Source: Candidatus Latescibacterota bacterium
GTDB lineage: Bacteria > Latescibacterota > UBA2968 > UBA8231
Direction of reading: 5' to 3'
DNA: 64,000 nucleotides
Assembly: GCA_965204725.1 (NCBI GenBank)
Contig: OZ242005.1
Location: forward strand, 3,904,001 to 3,968,000
Numbering within the stretch: the stretch's first letter is position 1; each line of letters begins with the position of its first letter. A program made the translations under genes and the position numbers. Below, in pieces: positions 19,821-30,348 of this stretch. The notes beneath the pieces are model-generated. The model saw only the letters and a program-made list of their open reading frames with translations. It did no database searches and was not told the origin of the DNA.

Positions 19821-20636
19821 TTATTCTGCGGCAGAGCCGGTTTCACTGCTGCGGCGACGCAGCCATTCCACTGTAAACAGAACCAAGATGGCAAACGCGA
19901 TGAGAAAGGTCGCCACCGCTAGGATGGTGGGGCTGATTTGCTCGCGAATGCCCGCCCACATCTGCCGCGGGATGGTTCGCTGCTCCAAGCCGCCCATAAA
20001 CAGAACCACCACGACCTCGTCGAAGGAGGCGGCAAAGGCGAACAACCCCCCAGACGCTACCCCGGGTGCGATGAGCGGCAACTGCACGCGCCAGAAGCCG
20101 CGCAGCGGACCCGCGCCGAGGCTGGCCGCGGCCCGCATCAAGTTCTGGTCGAAACCCGACAACGTGGCGGTTACGGTAATCACCACAAACGGGATCCCGA
20201 GCACGGCATGGGCGAGGATGATGCCGAGGTGGGTTTGCGCCAACCCGAGGCTGGAGTAAAAGAAGAACATGCCCACCGCGGAGATGATGACCGGCGTAAT
20301 CAGCGGCGAGATCAACAGCCCCATCGCAGTCTTCCGAGCGGGCATGGCCGAATTCGCCAGCCCGAGGGCCGCAAGGGTGCCGAGCGAGGTCGCGAGCAGG
20401 GTCGCCGAGACGCCTATAACCAAGCTGTTGACTAAGGCGCGGGCCCAAGCGCCGTCTTCGACGATGCTGCGGTACCAACGCAGCGAATACGCCTCCGGGT
20501 CGAGACGCAGCATGCCCTCGGTAAACGTGAAGTACGGCTCGGCGTTGAAGCTGAGTGGCACGATCACCAAAATCGGCGCGACCAAGAAGACAAACACCGC
20601 CGTGCAAAACGCGAGATAGATCCATCGCCCAAACAT
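19821..20636 (-). CDS. potC: Polyamine-type ABC transporter permease (PotC-like)
   Basis: SLRWY, LGTLAALGL, EAA-like loop AAASLGA, SFDEVVV; start ATG 20636. Confidence 0.88.
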   Translation of the reverse strand: MFGRWIYLAFCTAVFVFLVAPILVIVPLSFNAEPYFTFTEGMLRLDPEAYSLRWYRSIVEDGAWARALVNSLVIGVSATLLATSLGTLAALGLANSAMPARKTAMGLLISPLITPVIISAVGMFFFYSSLGLAQTHLGIILAHAVLGIPFVVITVTATLSGFDQNLMRAAASLGAGPLRGFWRVQLPLIAPGVASGGLFAFAASFDEVVVVLFMGGLEQRTIPRQMWAGIREQISPTILAVATFLIAFAILVLFTVEWLRRRSSETGSAAE

Positions 20637-21859
20637 CAGCCCAGCCTCATGCGGTTGATGCCCACCACGCGGTCGTAGAGCACGTACAGCGCGATGACGC
20701 CCACGAGCAGGATGAAGGCGAGCGCTGCGGCCAGCCCCCAGTTGAGCGAGGTCTGCATGTGATAGGCGATCATGTTGGAGATGAGCTGCCCCTTGCTTCC
20801 ACCGACTAGGGCCGGCGTGATGTAGTAGCCAATGGCGAGGATGAACACCATGAGCAATCCAGCCCCGACGCCGGGCAGAGTCTGCGGCCAATAGACTCGC
20901 CAAAACGCCTGAAAGGGGGGCGCGCCGAGGGAAGCCGCGGCCTGTAAGTGCGACGGCGGTATCGAACGCATTACCGAGTACAGCGGCAGGATCATGAAGG
21001 GCAGCAGGACGTGGGTCATCGCCACAAACGTGCCGGTCATGTTGTATATCATGGCGATGCGGCCGTCGTCCGCGACCAGTCCGATCGCCACCAAGACGTT
21101 GTTGATTACGCCCTGAGTCTGGAGCAGCACGATCCAAGCCGTCGTCCGCACCAGCAGAGAGGTCCAAAACGGCACCAACACCAGCAACAACAGCAGGTTG
21201 GCGCGGCGCGGCGGCGCGTGGGCTATTAGGTGGGCCACCGGGTAGCCAATGGCCAAGCACAGCGCGGAAATGCCAAAACTAATGGCCAGCGTCCGCCACA
21301 AAAGCGGCAGGTAAATGCGGCGTTCCTCTGGCTGCCGGACGAGGTCGCCATCGGGTGCGCGCACCAGATCGAGCGCATTGATGTAGTAGCGGAGCGTGAA
21401 CCGCTCGCCCGTGGTGCGAATCGCCAACCACACATCCGGCTCGCCCCAAGCGGCGTCAATGCCGATCAGGGTCTCGCGCCAAGAATCGCCGCTGGCGGTG
21501 CGCAACTTGCGCACACTGCGCGTGACCACGCTGCGCAAGCCGCTCTTGATGCGGTTGACGCGGGTGGCAATTTGGCCGAGGGTGCGATCCTCCCGCGCTT
21601 GCAACAACTCGCGGGCGGCCGCTGCATACACCGGCTCTGCTGGGGTGCTGGTCCCGTCCCATTCGCGCAACAGGGCGAGCGTTTCCGGCAGCTTATCCGC
21701 GACTAGCGGGTCATGCACGCTGCGCACGAGCAACATGCCGAGGGGCGCGACAAAGGTCGCCAAGACAAAGGCGATCAGCGGCAGGGCCAGCCCGGCCGCT
21801 CGCCGCCGCTGCCGCGCCTGTGCATCTGCAATCGTCTGGGTTCTTATTTGATCAACCAC
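20636..21859 (-). CDS. potB: Polyamine-type ABC transporter permease (PotB-like)
   Basis: PFWTSLLVRT, HVLLPFMILPLY, AAASLGA, GYYITPALVGG. Confidence 0.88.
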   Translation of the reverse strand: MVDQIRTQTIADAQARQRRRAAGLALPLIAFVLATFVAPLGMLLVRSVHDPLVADKLPETLALLREWDGTSTPAEPVYAAAARELLQAREDRTLGQIATRVNRIKSGLRSVVTRSVRKLRTASGDSWRETLIGIDAAWGEPDVWLAIRTTGERFTLRYYINALDLVRAPDGDLVRQPEERRIYLPLLWRTLAISFGISALCLAIGYPVAHLIAHAPPRRANLLLLLVLVPFWTSLLVRTTAWIVLLQTQGVINNVLVAIGLVADDGRIAMIYNMTGTFVAMTHVLLPFMILPLYSVMRSIPPSHLQAAASLGAPPFQAFWRVYWPQTLPGVGAGLLMVFILAIGYYITPALVGGSKGQLISNMIAYHMQTSLNWGLAAALAFILLVGVIALYVLYDRVVGINRMRLG

Positions 21860-21862
21860 TTG

Positions 21863-22987
21863 TTAGTGAATCCCCTCGTCGTCCTCAGCATCGGGTTGCA
21901 GCGCCCGGCAGTCGAGCAAGGTCCAGCCCACGCGGATCTGATCGCCTTCCAATACCGCTCCGTGGCCCACGAGGTTGGGAATCTTGACGATGAAGCCCGA
22001 GTGGTCGCACAGCTTTAGGCGCAGGCGCAAGTGGTCGCCGATAAAGGTTATGTCCTCAATCTCGGCGTCAAATTCGTTGGCGTATGCGTGCGAGTGCCCG
22101 CTCTTGAGCGGGAGCTTCACGCGCTCCGGGCGCACGACGACCGTCGTGGCAGCCCCCGGCGGGCATTGCCCCAAGCTCACGGCCTTGATGATCGCACCGC
22201 CGACCTCCACTTCGCACACGCCATCGCCCACCGTGCGCACCACGCCGTTTAGGCGGTTGTTCTCGCCGATGAAGTGAGCCACAAAAGCGCGCTCTGGCTC
22301 TTCGTAGAGCATCTCTGGGGACGCAATTTGCTCGATCACGCCGCCGCGAAAGACGGCGACCCGATCCGACATGACCATAGCCTCCTGCTGATCGTGCGTG
22401 ACATAGACGACGGTGATGCCCAAGGTGCGCTGAATGCGGCGGATTTCGTATTGCATTTCCTCGCGCAATCGCCGGTCGAGCGCCCCGAGCGGCTCGTCCA
22501 TCAACACGAGCTCTGGGTCGAAGACCAAGGCGCGGGCGATTGCAACGCGCTGTTGCTGACCCCCGGATAGCTGCCCCGGACGACGATCCGCCAAGTCTTC
22601 GAGGCGCACCAAGCGCAGGGTGTGGGCGACCCGCTCTCGCCGCTCGCTGGGGTCCATGCCGCGCACTTCGAGCGGAAACGCCAAGTTGTCGCCGACCGTC
22701 ATGTGCGGAAAGAGCGCGTAGTTTTGGAATACAACGCCAATGCCGCGTTTGTGGGGCGGCAAATCGCCGACGGGTACGCCATTGATGTGAATGGAACCAG
22801 AAGCTAGGGTCTCAAACCCAGCGAGCATCATCAGGCAGGTCGTCTTGCCGGAGCCAGACGGCCCGAGCATGGTCAGAAATTCGCCCTTGAGCACGGTGAG
22901 GTCGAGGTCTCGCACGACCCAAGTGCGGCCATCGTAGCTTTTGCTGACGCCGGAGAATTCGACGTGGGGACTCGTGTCTGCGCTCAT
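21863..22987 (-). CDS. potA: Polyamine-type ABC transporter ATPase (PotA-like)
   Basis: GPSGSGKT, FQNYALFPH, LSGGQQQR, LMDEPLGALD, C-terminal TOBE region. Confidence 0.92.
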   Translation of the reverse strand: MSADTSPHVEFSGVSKSYDGRTWVVRDLDLTVLKGEFLTMLGPSGSGKTTCLMMLAGFETLASGSIHINGVPVGDLPPHKRGIGVVFQNYALFPHMTVGDNLAFPLEVRGMDPSERRERVAHTLRLVRLEDLADRRPGQLSGGQQQRVAIARALVFDPELVLMDEPLGALDRRLREEMQYEIRRIQRTLGITVVYVTHDQQEAMVMSDRVAVFRGGVIEQIASPEMLYEEPERAFVAHFIGENNRLNGVVRTVGDGVCEVEVGGAIIKAVSLGQCPPGAATTVVVRPERVKLPLKSGHSHAYANEFDAEIEDITFIGDHLRLRLKLCDHSGFIVKIPNLVGHGAVLEGDQIRVGWTLLDCRALQPDAEDDEGIH

Positions 22988-22990
22988 CGT

Positions 22991-24622
22991 TCACCACCCT
23001 AGGGCAGCGCCGTCGCGGCGCGGGTCGGCCCCGCCCATAAAGGAACCCGTGGCGGCATCGACCATGATGCCTTGGCCGCCGCCGACTCCGGTTGACCAGT
23101 CGCCGAGAAAATTGAACTGGTGCCCGCGCCGCTCCAGCTCGGCAACGACCTCGCGGTCAATGCGGTTTTCCGCATCGACGACAAAGCCGGAGGAGCCGGT
23201 CTTGACGCGGGGGGCCTCAATGGCGGCTTGGACGTTCATCTGGTGATCGAGGATGTTCATAATCATCTGCGGCGTCGTCTGGAGAATGCCATAGCTCCCC
23301 GGGGTGCCGATGAGCAGCCGCAGGCCATCGGCGTCCCAAACTTGGGCCGGCGAAACGCACATCTCGTTTTTCTTGGCCGGGCCAATGACATTGGGGCTGG
23401 TAGGCTCGCGATCGAACCACCGCATGAAGTTGTTGAGTGCAATGCCGGTCTCTGGCACGACCATCGACGATCCAAAGCCGCCGCCCAAGCTCTGGGTGCA
23501 GGCGACCGCATTGCCCTCGGCGTCGATGGTGTCGAAGTGGGTCGTGCATTCGCTCATCCACGCGCGCGGGTCGCCCGCTGTGACCTGCTCAACCGGGCCG
23601 CCGGGCGAGAGGCGATCGCCCGCTGTGAACTGGGCCTCGTCGCCGATGAGTGCCCGCCGCTCGGCCGCGTACTCTTTGGAGAGCAAGCCCGCAGTCGGCG
23701 GGTCGGCAATGGCTGCGTAGGCAATGCGGTCGGCCATGGCCAGCTTGGTCGCCTCGATAAAGCGGTGCAAGGTCGGGGCGGTGTTGTGGCCGAGGGCCGC
23801 CACGTCAAAGCCCTCCATAATGGCCAGCGTCTCTAAGTACTGGACGGCTTGGCAGGGCGGCGGCGGCGCAAAGACCTCATAGCCGCGATAGTTGGTGGCG
23901 ATTGGATCGACGAAGGCCGGGGTAAAGTCGGCGAGATCGTCTTTGGTAAGTAGGCCGCCGGTCTCGGCCATATAGCGGACGATGCGGTCGGCAATCGCGC
24001 CCTTGTAAAAGGCCGCCGCGCCCTCGGCCGCGACTTGGCGGAAGGTCTCGGCGAGGGCCTTTTGCACGACCACTTCCCCGGGCTTGGGGGCCGCGCCGTT
24101 GAGCAGGTAGGTGTCGGCGCCGGTCTTGAAGCGACGCAGGCTCGCGACCGCACCACCGTAGAAGTAGGCGTTCTTGACCGTGAGAGCGTAGCCCTGCTCG
24201 GCGTATTCAATGGCCGGTGCGAAGACGCGGGCGGCTTCCACTGAGCCGTAGCGCTCCAGCGCGGCCAGCCAACCGCCGCAAGCACCCGGCACCAGCGGCG
24301 ACAGCGGGCCGAGCACCTGCTTGTCCTTGTCGTACAAGCTCAGGGTGGCCGCCCGCGGGGTGAGGCCGACGTAATCGACGATCTTGTGCTCTTTTTCGCG
24401 GGCGCTGTAGATGTGTAGATAGCCAACGCCGCCAATGCCCGACATGTACGGCTCGACCACGTTGAGCGCCGCGGCCGTGGCAATGGCTGCGTCGATGGCA
24501 TTGCCGCCCTCCATTAGGAGGCGCATGCCGGCGAGAGAAGCGAGAGGATGGGCCGAGGCGATCATGCCGCGGCGGCCCGTAGCGGTGCTGCGGTGCGTGG
24601 TGCCTTTGGCAGAAAAGGGCAT
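22991..24622 (-). CDS. ggt: Gamma-glutamyltransferase family protein
   Basis: [18 protein letters not shown], cleavage site [20 protein letters not shown]. Confidence 0.92.
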   Translation of the reverse strand: MPFSAKGTTHRSTATGRRGMIASAHPLASLAGMRLLMEGGNAIDAAIATAAALNVVEPYMSGIGGVGYLHIYSAREKEHKIVDYVGLTPRAATLSLYDKDKQVLGPLSPLVPGACGGWLAALERYGSVEAARVFAPAIEYAEQGYALTVKNAYFYGGAVASLRRFKTGADTYLLNGAAPKPGEVVVQKALAETFRQVAAEGAAAFYKGAIADRIVRYMAETGGLLTKDDLADFTPAFVDPIATNYRGYEVFAPPPPCQAVQYLETLAIMEGFDVAALGHNTAPTLHRFIEATKLAMADRIAYAAIADPPTAGLLSKEYAAERRALIGDEAQFTAGDRLSPGGPVEQVTAGDPRAWMSECTTHFDTIDAEGNAVACTQSLGGGFGSSMVVPETGIALNNFMRWFDREPTSPNVIGPAKKNEMCVSPAQVWDADGLRLLIGTPGSYGILQTTPQMIMNILDHQMNVQAAIEAPRVKTGSSGFVVDAENRIDREVVAELERRGHQFNFLGDWSTGVGGGQGIMVDAATGSFMGGADPRRDGAALGW

Positions 24623-24716
24623 TGGACGCAACTCCTTGCGATTTGTAAATTTGCGACCACTTAACCGCCTAAAATAGAGCGGGTAAATTACAGCGTCAAT
24701 GAGGAGCGTACTTCTT

Positions 24717-25754
24717 ATGAGCGACAAAACAATAGACCTGCGCAGCGACACGATCACCCTGCCGACCGAGGCCATGCGGGAGGCCATGGCCAGTGCGCCG
24801 TTGGGCGACGATGTGTACGGCGAAGACCCAACGGTCAACCGCCTGCAAGAATTGGCCGCCGAAAAAGTGGGCATGGAAGCCGCGCTCTACGTGCCCTCGG
24901 GGACGATGGGCAATGCCTGCGCCCTGATGACCCACACCCACTGGGGGGACGAGGTGCTCTTTGAGGAACAGGCGCACCTATACTACTGGGAGGCCGGAAC
25001 CTATGCCGCGCTGGCCGGCTTGGCCGTGCGCACTGTTGAGGGCGAGCACGGCATCATCACCGGCGACCAAGTGCGCGAGGCCATCCGCGCCGACAACCCG
25101 CACTTCGCTCCGCTCAAGGTCGTCTGCATTGAGAACACCCACAACAATCACGCCGGCCAAGCTTGGTCGGTCGCTGAGGTGGCCGCCGTGGGTGCCGCCT
25201 GCCGCGAACACGGGCTGAAACTCCACGTAGATGGAGCGCGCATCTTCAACGCCGCCATAGCCACCGGGACGCAGGTCCCAGCATTTACTCAGCACGTTGA
25301 CTCCGTGATGTTTTGCGTCTCCAAGGGGCTGAGTGCGCCGGTCGGCTCGCTGCTGTGCGGCAGCAAGGACTTTATCGAGCGGGCCTATCGGATGCGCAAG
25401 CGGCTCGGGGGGGCCATGCGCCAAGCCGGCGTCGCGGCCGCGGCCGGCATCGTGGCCTTAGAGCAGATGGTCGATCGGCTGGCCGAGGATCACGCGGTGG
25501 CGCGGGAGCTGGCCGCGGGCTTGGGAGCGATTGAGGGCGTTGAGGTGATTTTTCCGCCGCGACCGACCAACATACTCAAGGTGGATTTTGCGGCCTTGGG
25601 GTGGTCGGCGGCCGATCTGGTCGCTCAGTGGAAGGCGCGGGGCGTGTTGTGCAATCCGCGCCCGCCGCACGGAGCGCGGCTCGTGGCGAATCGGCACGTC
25701 GGGCTAGAGGACGTCCAGTACGTGGTGGAGGCGACCCGGGCAATGATCGGGTAG
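24717..25754 (+). CDS. ltaE: Low-specificity L-threonine aldolase
   Basis: [50 protein letters not shown]. Confidence 0.93.
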   Translation: MSDKTIDLRSDTITLPTEAMREAMASAPLGDDVYGEDPTVNRLQELAAEKVGMEAALYVPSGTMGNACALMTHTHWGDEVLFEEQAHLYYWEAGTYAALAGLAVRTVEGEHGIITGDQVREAIRADNPHFAPLKVVCIENTHNNHAGQAWSVAEVAAVGAACREHGLKLHVDGARIFNAAIATGTQVPAFTQHVDSVMFCVSKGLSAPVGSLLCGSKDFIERAYRMRKRLGGAMRQAGVAAAAGIVALEQMVDRLAEDHAVARELAAGLGAIEGVEVIFPPRPTNILKVDFAALGWSAADLVAQWKARGVLCNPRPPHGARLVANRHVGLEDVQYVVEATRAMIG

Positions 25755-25766
25755 GGGGCGGGCTGC

Positions 25767-28070
25767 TTGGCTCGTCTTTCGTCTATAGCCCCGTGCGCTT
25801 GCCTCCTTATCGCGACCCTTGCCGGAGGGGATGCGCTGAAGAACGCAGATGGCTCGTGGAAATACAGCAATCATCTGGTGGGAGAGACGAGCCCGTACTT
25901 ATTGCTACACGCGCACAATCCGGTCGAGTGGTATCCTTGGGGCGAGGAAGCCCTAGCGAGAGCCGAGGCCGAGGACAAGCCGATCTTTCTGTCGGTCGGC
26001 TACTCGACCTGCCATTGGTGCCACGTAATGGAGCGGCGAGTCTTTTCCGACCCCGCGATCGCGGCGCAGATGAACGCCAGCTTTATCAACATCAAGGTCG
26101 ATCGGGAGGAGCGGCCCGACATCGACCGGATTTACATGCTGGCGACCCAGTTGACTACCCGGCACGGCGGCTGGCCTAATTCGGTGTTTTTGACGCCAAG
26201 CCAAGAGCCGTTTTTTGCCGGCACTTACTTTCCGCCCAGTCCCCTGCCCGGGCGGCCTTCCTTTCCCCAAGTCTTGGACTTCACGCGCCGGCGCTGGCAC
26301 GACCAGCGCGCGCAGGTGCTCCAAATTGCGGGCCGCTTGACCGCGGCCATTCGCGACTTGGAATCCGGGCCGGAGACAGCGGCCGCGCCGCCCGATTCCT
26401 TGCTCGTAGCCCAAGTACTAGCCGCTATTCAGGTGCGCTACGACGCGATCAACGGCGGCTTCGGGGGCGCACCCAAATTTCCCCCGAGCTTGCGCTTGGA
26501 GCTGCTGATGGCCAAGGCCGAGCGCTTTGCCGATCCCTCAGTACAGCGCATCGTCTTGCACTCGCTGGAGCGGATGGCCGCGGGCGGCATCTACGACCAA
26601 ATCGGCGGGGGCTTTCACCGCTACGCCACGGATGCCGAGTGGCGAGTGCCGCACTTTGAGAAGATGCTCTACAATCAAGCTCATTTGTCGCGGCTATACG
26701 TGCGGGCGTACGAATTGACGGGCGACGAGCGGTGGCGGTGGGTGGCAGAGGATATTTTTCGCTTTGTCGCTCGGGAGATGACCGGGCCGGCGGGGGCTTT
26801 TTACTCGGCACTGGACGCCGAAACTGAGGCCGAAGAGGGCAAGTACTACCTGTGGACAGCGAGGGACTTGGAGCGCACGTTGGGGCGCGAGGCCGAATTG
26901 TTTTGGGATGGCTATGGATTGGCCTCCATGCCCGAGGGCGAGGGGGGCGTCCTCTACGCGCAAACGCCGCTGCCCGAGGCCGAGCTGCGGGATCGGCTGA
27001 CGCCCGTGCGGCAGCGCGTCCTAGCAGCGCGGGCTGAGCGGCCCTATCCCCTCCTCGACGACAAGGTGCTGGCCGCTTGGAACGGGATGATGATCGAGGC
27101 GTACGCCCGCGGGTTCGCGGTTTTGGGCGATTCCCTCTATCGCCGGGCCGCTGAGCGGGCGGCCGATTTCGCGCTCAAGCACCTGCGGCGCGCAGACGGG
27201 GGGTTGTGGCGGGTCCATCGGCTGGGCATTTCGCAGCAGGTGGCTTACCTAGACGACTATGCGTTTTTGGTGTGCGGACTGACGGCCTTGTACCGGGCCA
27301 CTGGCGAGGGGCGGTGGTTGCAGGCTGCCCGCGAGCTAAGTGCCGAAATGGTAGGCCGGTTTTGGGACGAAGCGGCTGGGGGGTTTTTCTTTACCGAAGC
27401 GAGCAACGCGCTCATCGTGCGGAGCAAGTTCGCCCAAGACTCGGCCCTGCCTTCGGGCAACGCGGTGGCGGCCCACGCGCTGTTGGATTTGGCCGAGTTG
27501 ACCGGCCAAGCGCACTACCGCAGCCGGGCCGCGCAAATCCTATCCGCTTTTGGCGGAGCTATGCGGGCGCGGCCTTCGGCCTCGGTACATTTAGCCGCGG
27601 CGGCCGAGCACCACCTGCAAACGGCGCTGTCCGCCGCCGCCTCAGCCGACACCCCAGCGGATTCGCTCGTCTCCATGCGGGTCGAACTGTCCGTGCAACG
27701 GCCAGTGGCGGGCGAGGCTTTTGTCGCGGCCGTGCAGCTAAACATCCGTCCGGGCTGGCATATCAACGCCAACCCGGCCTCGGGCGACTTGCTCATTCCC
27801 ACCTCCCTGACGCTCAATGCAGACTGGCCGTTGGACTTTGCCCGCGTGCGCTATCCCACCGGCCGAGCGCGGGCCTTTCCGGCCCTAGGAGAGACGCTCG
27901 CGGTGTACGAGGATCAGGTCGCGCTGTGGGCGGATTTGTCGCTGCCCCCAGCAGCGGCCGGGACAGCGGGCTATTTGCGTTTCCTAGTCCAATATCAGGC
28001 CTGCGACGAGACCCGGTGCCTCCCGCCGACCGAGTTGAGCCAGCGCGTCCGAGTGACCGTGGCCCCGTGA
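25767..28070 (+). CDS. YyaL/SPATA20-like thioredoxin and glycosidase-fold protein with C-terminal DsbD-N-like domain
   Basis: [40 protein letters not shown]; C-terminal GWHINAN...[12 protein letters not shown]. Confidence 0.88.
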   Translation: MARLSSIAPCACLLIATLAGGDALKNADGSWKYSNHLVGETSPYLLLHAHNPVEWYPWGEEALARAEAEDKPIFLSVGYSTCHWCHVMERRVFSDPAIAAQMNASFINIKVDREERPDIDRIYMLATQLTTRHGGWPNSVFLTPSQEPFFAGTYFPPSPLPGRPSFPQVLDFTRRRWHDQRAQVLQIAGRLTAAIRDLESGPETAAAPPDSLLVAQVLAAIQVRYDAINGGFGGAPKFPPSLRLELLMAKAERFADPSVQRIVLHSLERMAAGGIYDQIGGGFHRYATDAEWRVPHFEKMLYNQAHLSRLYVRAYELTGDERWRWVAEDIFRFVAREMTGPAGAFYSALDAETEAEEGKYYLWTARDLERTLGREAELFWDGYGLASMPEGEGGVLYAQTPLPEAELRDRLTPVRQRVLAARAERPYPLLDDKVLAAWNGMMIEAYARGFAVLGDSLYRRAAERAADFALKHLRRADGGLWRVHRLGISQQVAYLDDYAFLVCGLTALYRATGEGRWLQAARELSAEMVGRFWDEAAGGFFFTEASNALIVRSKFAQDSALPSGNAVAAHALLDLAELTGQAHYRSRAAQILSAFGGAMRARPSASVHLAAAAEHHLQTALSAAASADTPADSLVSMRVELSVQRPVAGEAFVAAVQLNIRPGWHINANPASGDLLIPTSLTLNADWPLDFARVRYPTGRARAFPALGETLAVYEDQVALWADLSLPPAAAGTAGYLRFLVQYQACDETRCLPPTELSQRVRVTVAP

Positions 28071-30094
28071 TCCAACGCGCCGACATCATCGGCTGCGGGG
28101 TGGGCGAGCGAGAGGCCGCCACGCTCCTCGCCCAAGTTGAGGCCCTCTCCGGTGCGCCGGAAGCGCGCTGGCGGGAGGCAGCCCGCTGCATTCTGCGACC
28201 GGATCATCCCTTCGCCCTGCACCAGTTGCTCTATCGGGCCATCTACGGCCGTGCGGGTGGCCCGGTGTTCTTTCCCGAGTTAGCAGACATTGAGCACGCG
28301 CATATAACGGCGCTGCGGCGCGCGCTCGGTCTGGATTCACACGCCGCGCTCTTTGCGTGGTCGGTTGCCGAGCGGGAGGCGTTTTGGGAACGGACGGTCT
28401 CTCGCTTGGGCATCCGCTTCCGCAAGCCGTACACGCGGCTTGTCGATCTCTCCCAAGGCGTTGAAACGCCCCAGTGGTTTGTCGGGGCCGAGATGAACAT
28501 CGTCGAGAGCTGCTTTCAGGCACCGGCCGATCAGACGGCCATCGTCTTTCAGCGCGAGGGCGGTCGGCTCGAGCGAATGAGCTTCAGTGCCTTAGAAGCC
28601 TTGTGCGACCGGGTCGCCGGTGGATTGCGGGCGTTGGGATTTGGCCCCGGCGATCGGATTGCCATCGCCATGCCGATGACAGCCGAATCTGTGGCGATCT
28701 ATCTGGGGATCATCAAGGCGGGTTGCGCGGTGGTCGCCATTGCCGACAGCTTTGCCGCCCCCCAGATCGCCGCTCGGCTGCGGATTGGAGAAGCCCAAGC
28801 CGTTTTTACGCAAGACGTGATTTTGCGCGGGGGGCGTGCGTTGCCCCTGTACCCGCGCTTGATCGCGGCCCACGCTCCGTTGGCGATTGTGTTGCCGGGG
28901 CGCGTGGAGGGGTTGACGAAGGCGTTGCGCTCGGGGGATCTGCGCTGGGACGAGTTCTTGCCGGCCGACGCCGAGTTCGCGGCTGTGGCCGGCGATCCCG
29001 ACGCGACGACCAATGTCCTGTTTTCATCGGGAACGACCGGCGACCCCAAGGCCCTGCCTTGGACCCATGTCAATCCGATCAAGTGCGGTGCAGACGCGCA
29101 TTACCACCAAGATGTCCATCCGGGCGATGTGGTCGCTTGGCCGACCAATTTGGGCTGGATGATGGGGCCGTGGCTGATCTACGCCGCCTTTTTGAACCGC
29201 GCGACGATGGCACTCTACTATGGGACGCCAACCGAGCGGGGGTTTGGGGAGTTTGTGCAGGCGGCTCGCATTACTATGCTCGGCGTCATTCCGAGCATGG
29301 TGCGGACTTGGCGCAGCACGGGCTGCATGGAGGGCGTCGATTTTTCGGCGATCCGCGCTTTTAGTGCCACCGGGGAGTGCTCCAACGCCGAGGACATGCA
29401 CTATCTGATGGCACTGGCGGGGTATCGGCCCATACTCGAATACTGCGGCGGCACCGAGCTAGCGGGCGGCTACTTGCTCAGTACGCTCGTCGAGCCGGTC
29501 GCCCCCGCGACCTTTAATTCGGCGACGCTGGGGACGGACTTGGCAATTTTGGACGAGGACGGGCAGGAGTGCGAAAGCGGCGAGGGCTTTCTGGTCCCGC
29601 CCGCCATTGGCATGTCCACTCGGGTGCTCAACCGCGACCACCGCGAAGTGTACTATGCGGGCGTACCCAAGCGGGGTGGGGTGCCGCTGCGCCGCCACGG
29701 CGACCAAGTCGAGCGGCTGGCTCCGGGCATGTACCGGGTCCATGGCCGCGCCGACGACGCCATGAACTTAGGCGGAATTAAGGTGAGTTCAGCCGAGATC
29801 GAGCGCGTCTTGAATGCGATGCCGGGTGTGGTCGAGACCGCCGCGATTGCAGTGCCGCCGCCGGGGGGCGGGCCGAGCGGGTTGGTGATCTTCGCAGTGC
29901 TGGAGGATTCCGGCGGCGGCTGGCAAGACGCGATGCAGCAAGCGATCCGCCGGGAACTCAATCCGCTCTTCAAAATTCACGAGGTCGTACTAGTAGAATC
30001 GCTGCCGCGGACCGCGTCGAACAAGGTGATGCGCCGGGTCTTGCGGGAGCGGTATGGAGGAAAACCGCGCAACCATCAACGCACAGGCTCTTAG
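28067..30094 (+). CDS. AMP-dependent acyl-CoA synthetase (AAE17/AAE18-like)
   Basis: [48 protein letters not shown]; GTG start overlaps the upstream stop. Confidence 0.9.
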   Translation: MIQRADIIGCGVGEREAATLLAQVEALSGAPEARWREAARCILRPDHPFALHQLLYRAIYGRAGGPVFFPELADIEHAHITALRRALGLDSHAALFAWSVAEREAFWERTVSRLGIRFRKPYTRLVDLSQGVETPQWFVGAEMNIVESCFQAPADQTAIVFQREGGRLERMSFSALEALCDRVAGGLRALGFGPGDRIAIAMPMTAESVAIYLGIIKAGCAVVAIADSFAAPQIAARLRIGEAQAVFTQDVILRGGRALPLYPRLIAAHAPLAIVLPGRVEGLTKALRSGDLRWDEFLPADAEFAAVAGDPDATTNVLFSSGTTGDPKALPWTHVNPIKCGADAHYHQDVHPGDVVAWPTNLGWMMGPWLIYAAFLNRATMALYYGTPTERGFGEFVQAARITMLGVIPSMVRTWRSTGCMEGVDFSAIRAFSATGECSNAEDMHYLMALAGYRPILEYCGGTELAGGYLLSTLVEPVAPATFNSATLGTDLAILDEDGQECESGEGFLVPPAIGMSTRVLNRDHREVYYAGVPKRGGVPLRRHGDQVERLAPGMYRVHGRADDAMNLGGIKVSSAEIERVLNAMPGVVETAAIAVPPPGGGPSGLVIFAVLEDSGGGWQDAMQQAIRRELNPLFKIHEVVLVESLPRTASNKVMRRVLRERYGGKPRNHQRTGS

Positions 30095-30258
30095 AAGCGG
30101 TCCGAAAACTCTGGTGGTCGTCCTTTGCGTCTAAACGATCCCGGCTGGATTCCCGCCCCGTGTCGGGGCACGGGGTGGCGTTCTTGCGCGGGAATGACGC
30201 TCTAGCGTCGTCATGCAAGACTAGGCCAAAAGCAACATGAGTTTTGGAATACTTCTGA
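30091..30258. repeat. MITE/REP-like palindromic element
   Basis: Core ATTCCCGC (30149-30156) and GCGGGAAT (30188-30195) enclosing the GCCCCGTG..CACGGGGT hairpin; imperfect outer inverted repeats TTAGAAGCGGTCCGAAAACTC and GAGTTTTGGAATACTTCTGA. Confidence 0.55.
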
Positions 30259-30348
30259 GAGGGATCGACAACTCGCAACCACATAGGACGACGTACTATG
30301 CCATTATCAAGGCGACTCGACTCGTGCTCGCTTGAACGCATTACCAAG

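Noticed and set aside
20637-21260. Extension of the 479 aa potC ORF (similar extensions at ggt, dusB and the penicillin acylase)
   Set aside because: High-GC open shadow frames overlapping neighbouring real genes or upstream regions
27206-28066. N-terminal extension of the 962 aa ORF suggesting a large fusion
   Set aside because: Shadow frame over the YyaL gene; the acyl-CoA synthetase starts at GTG 28067
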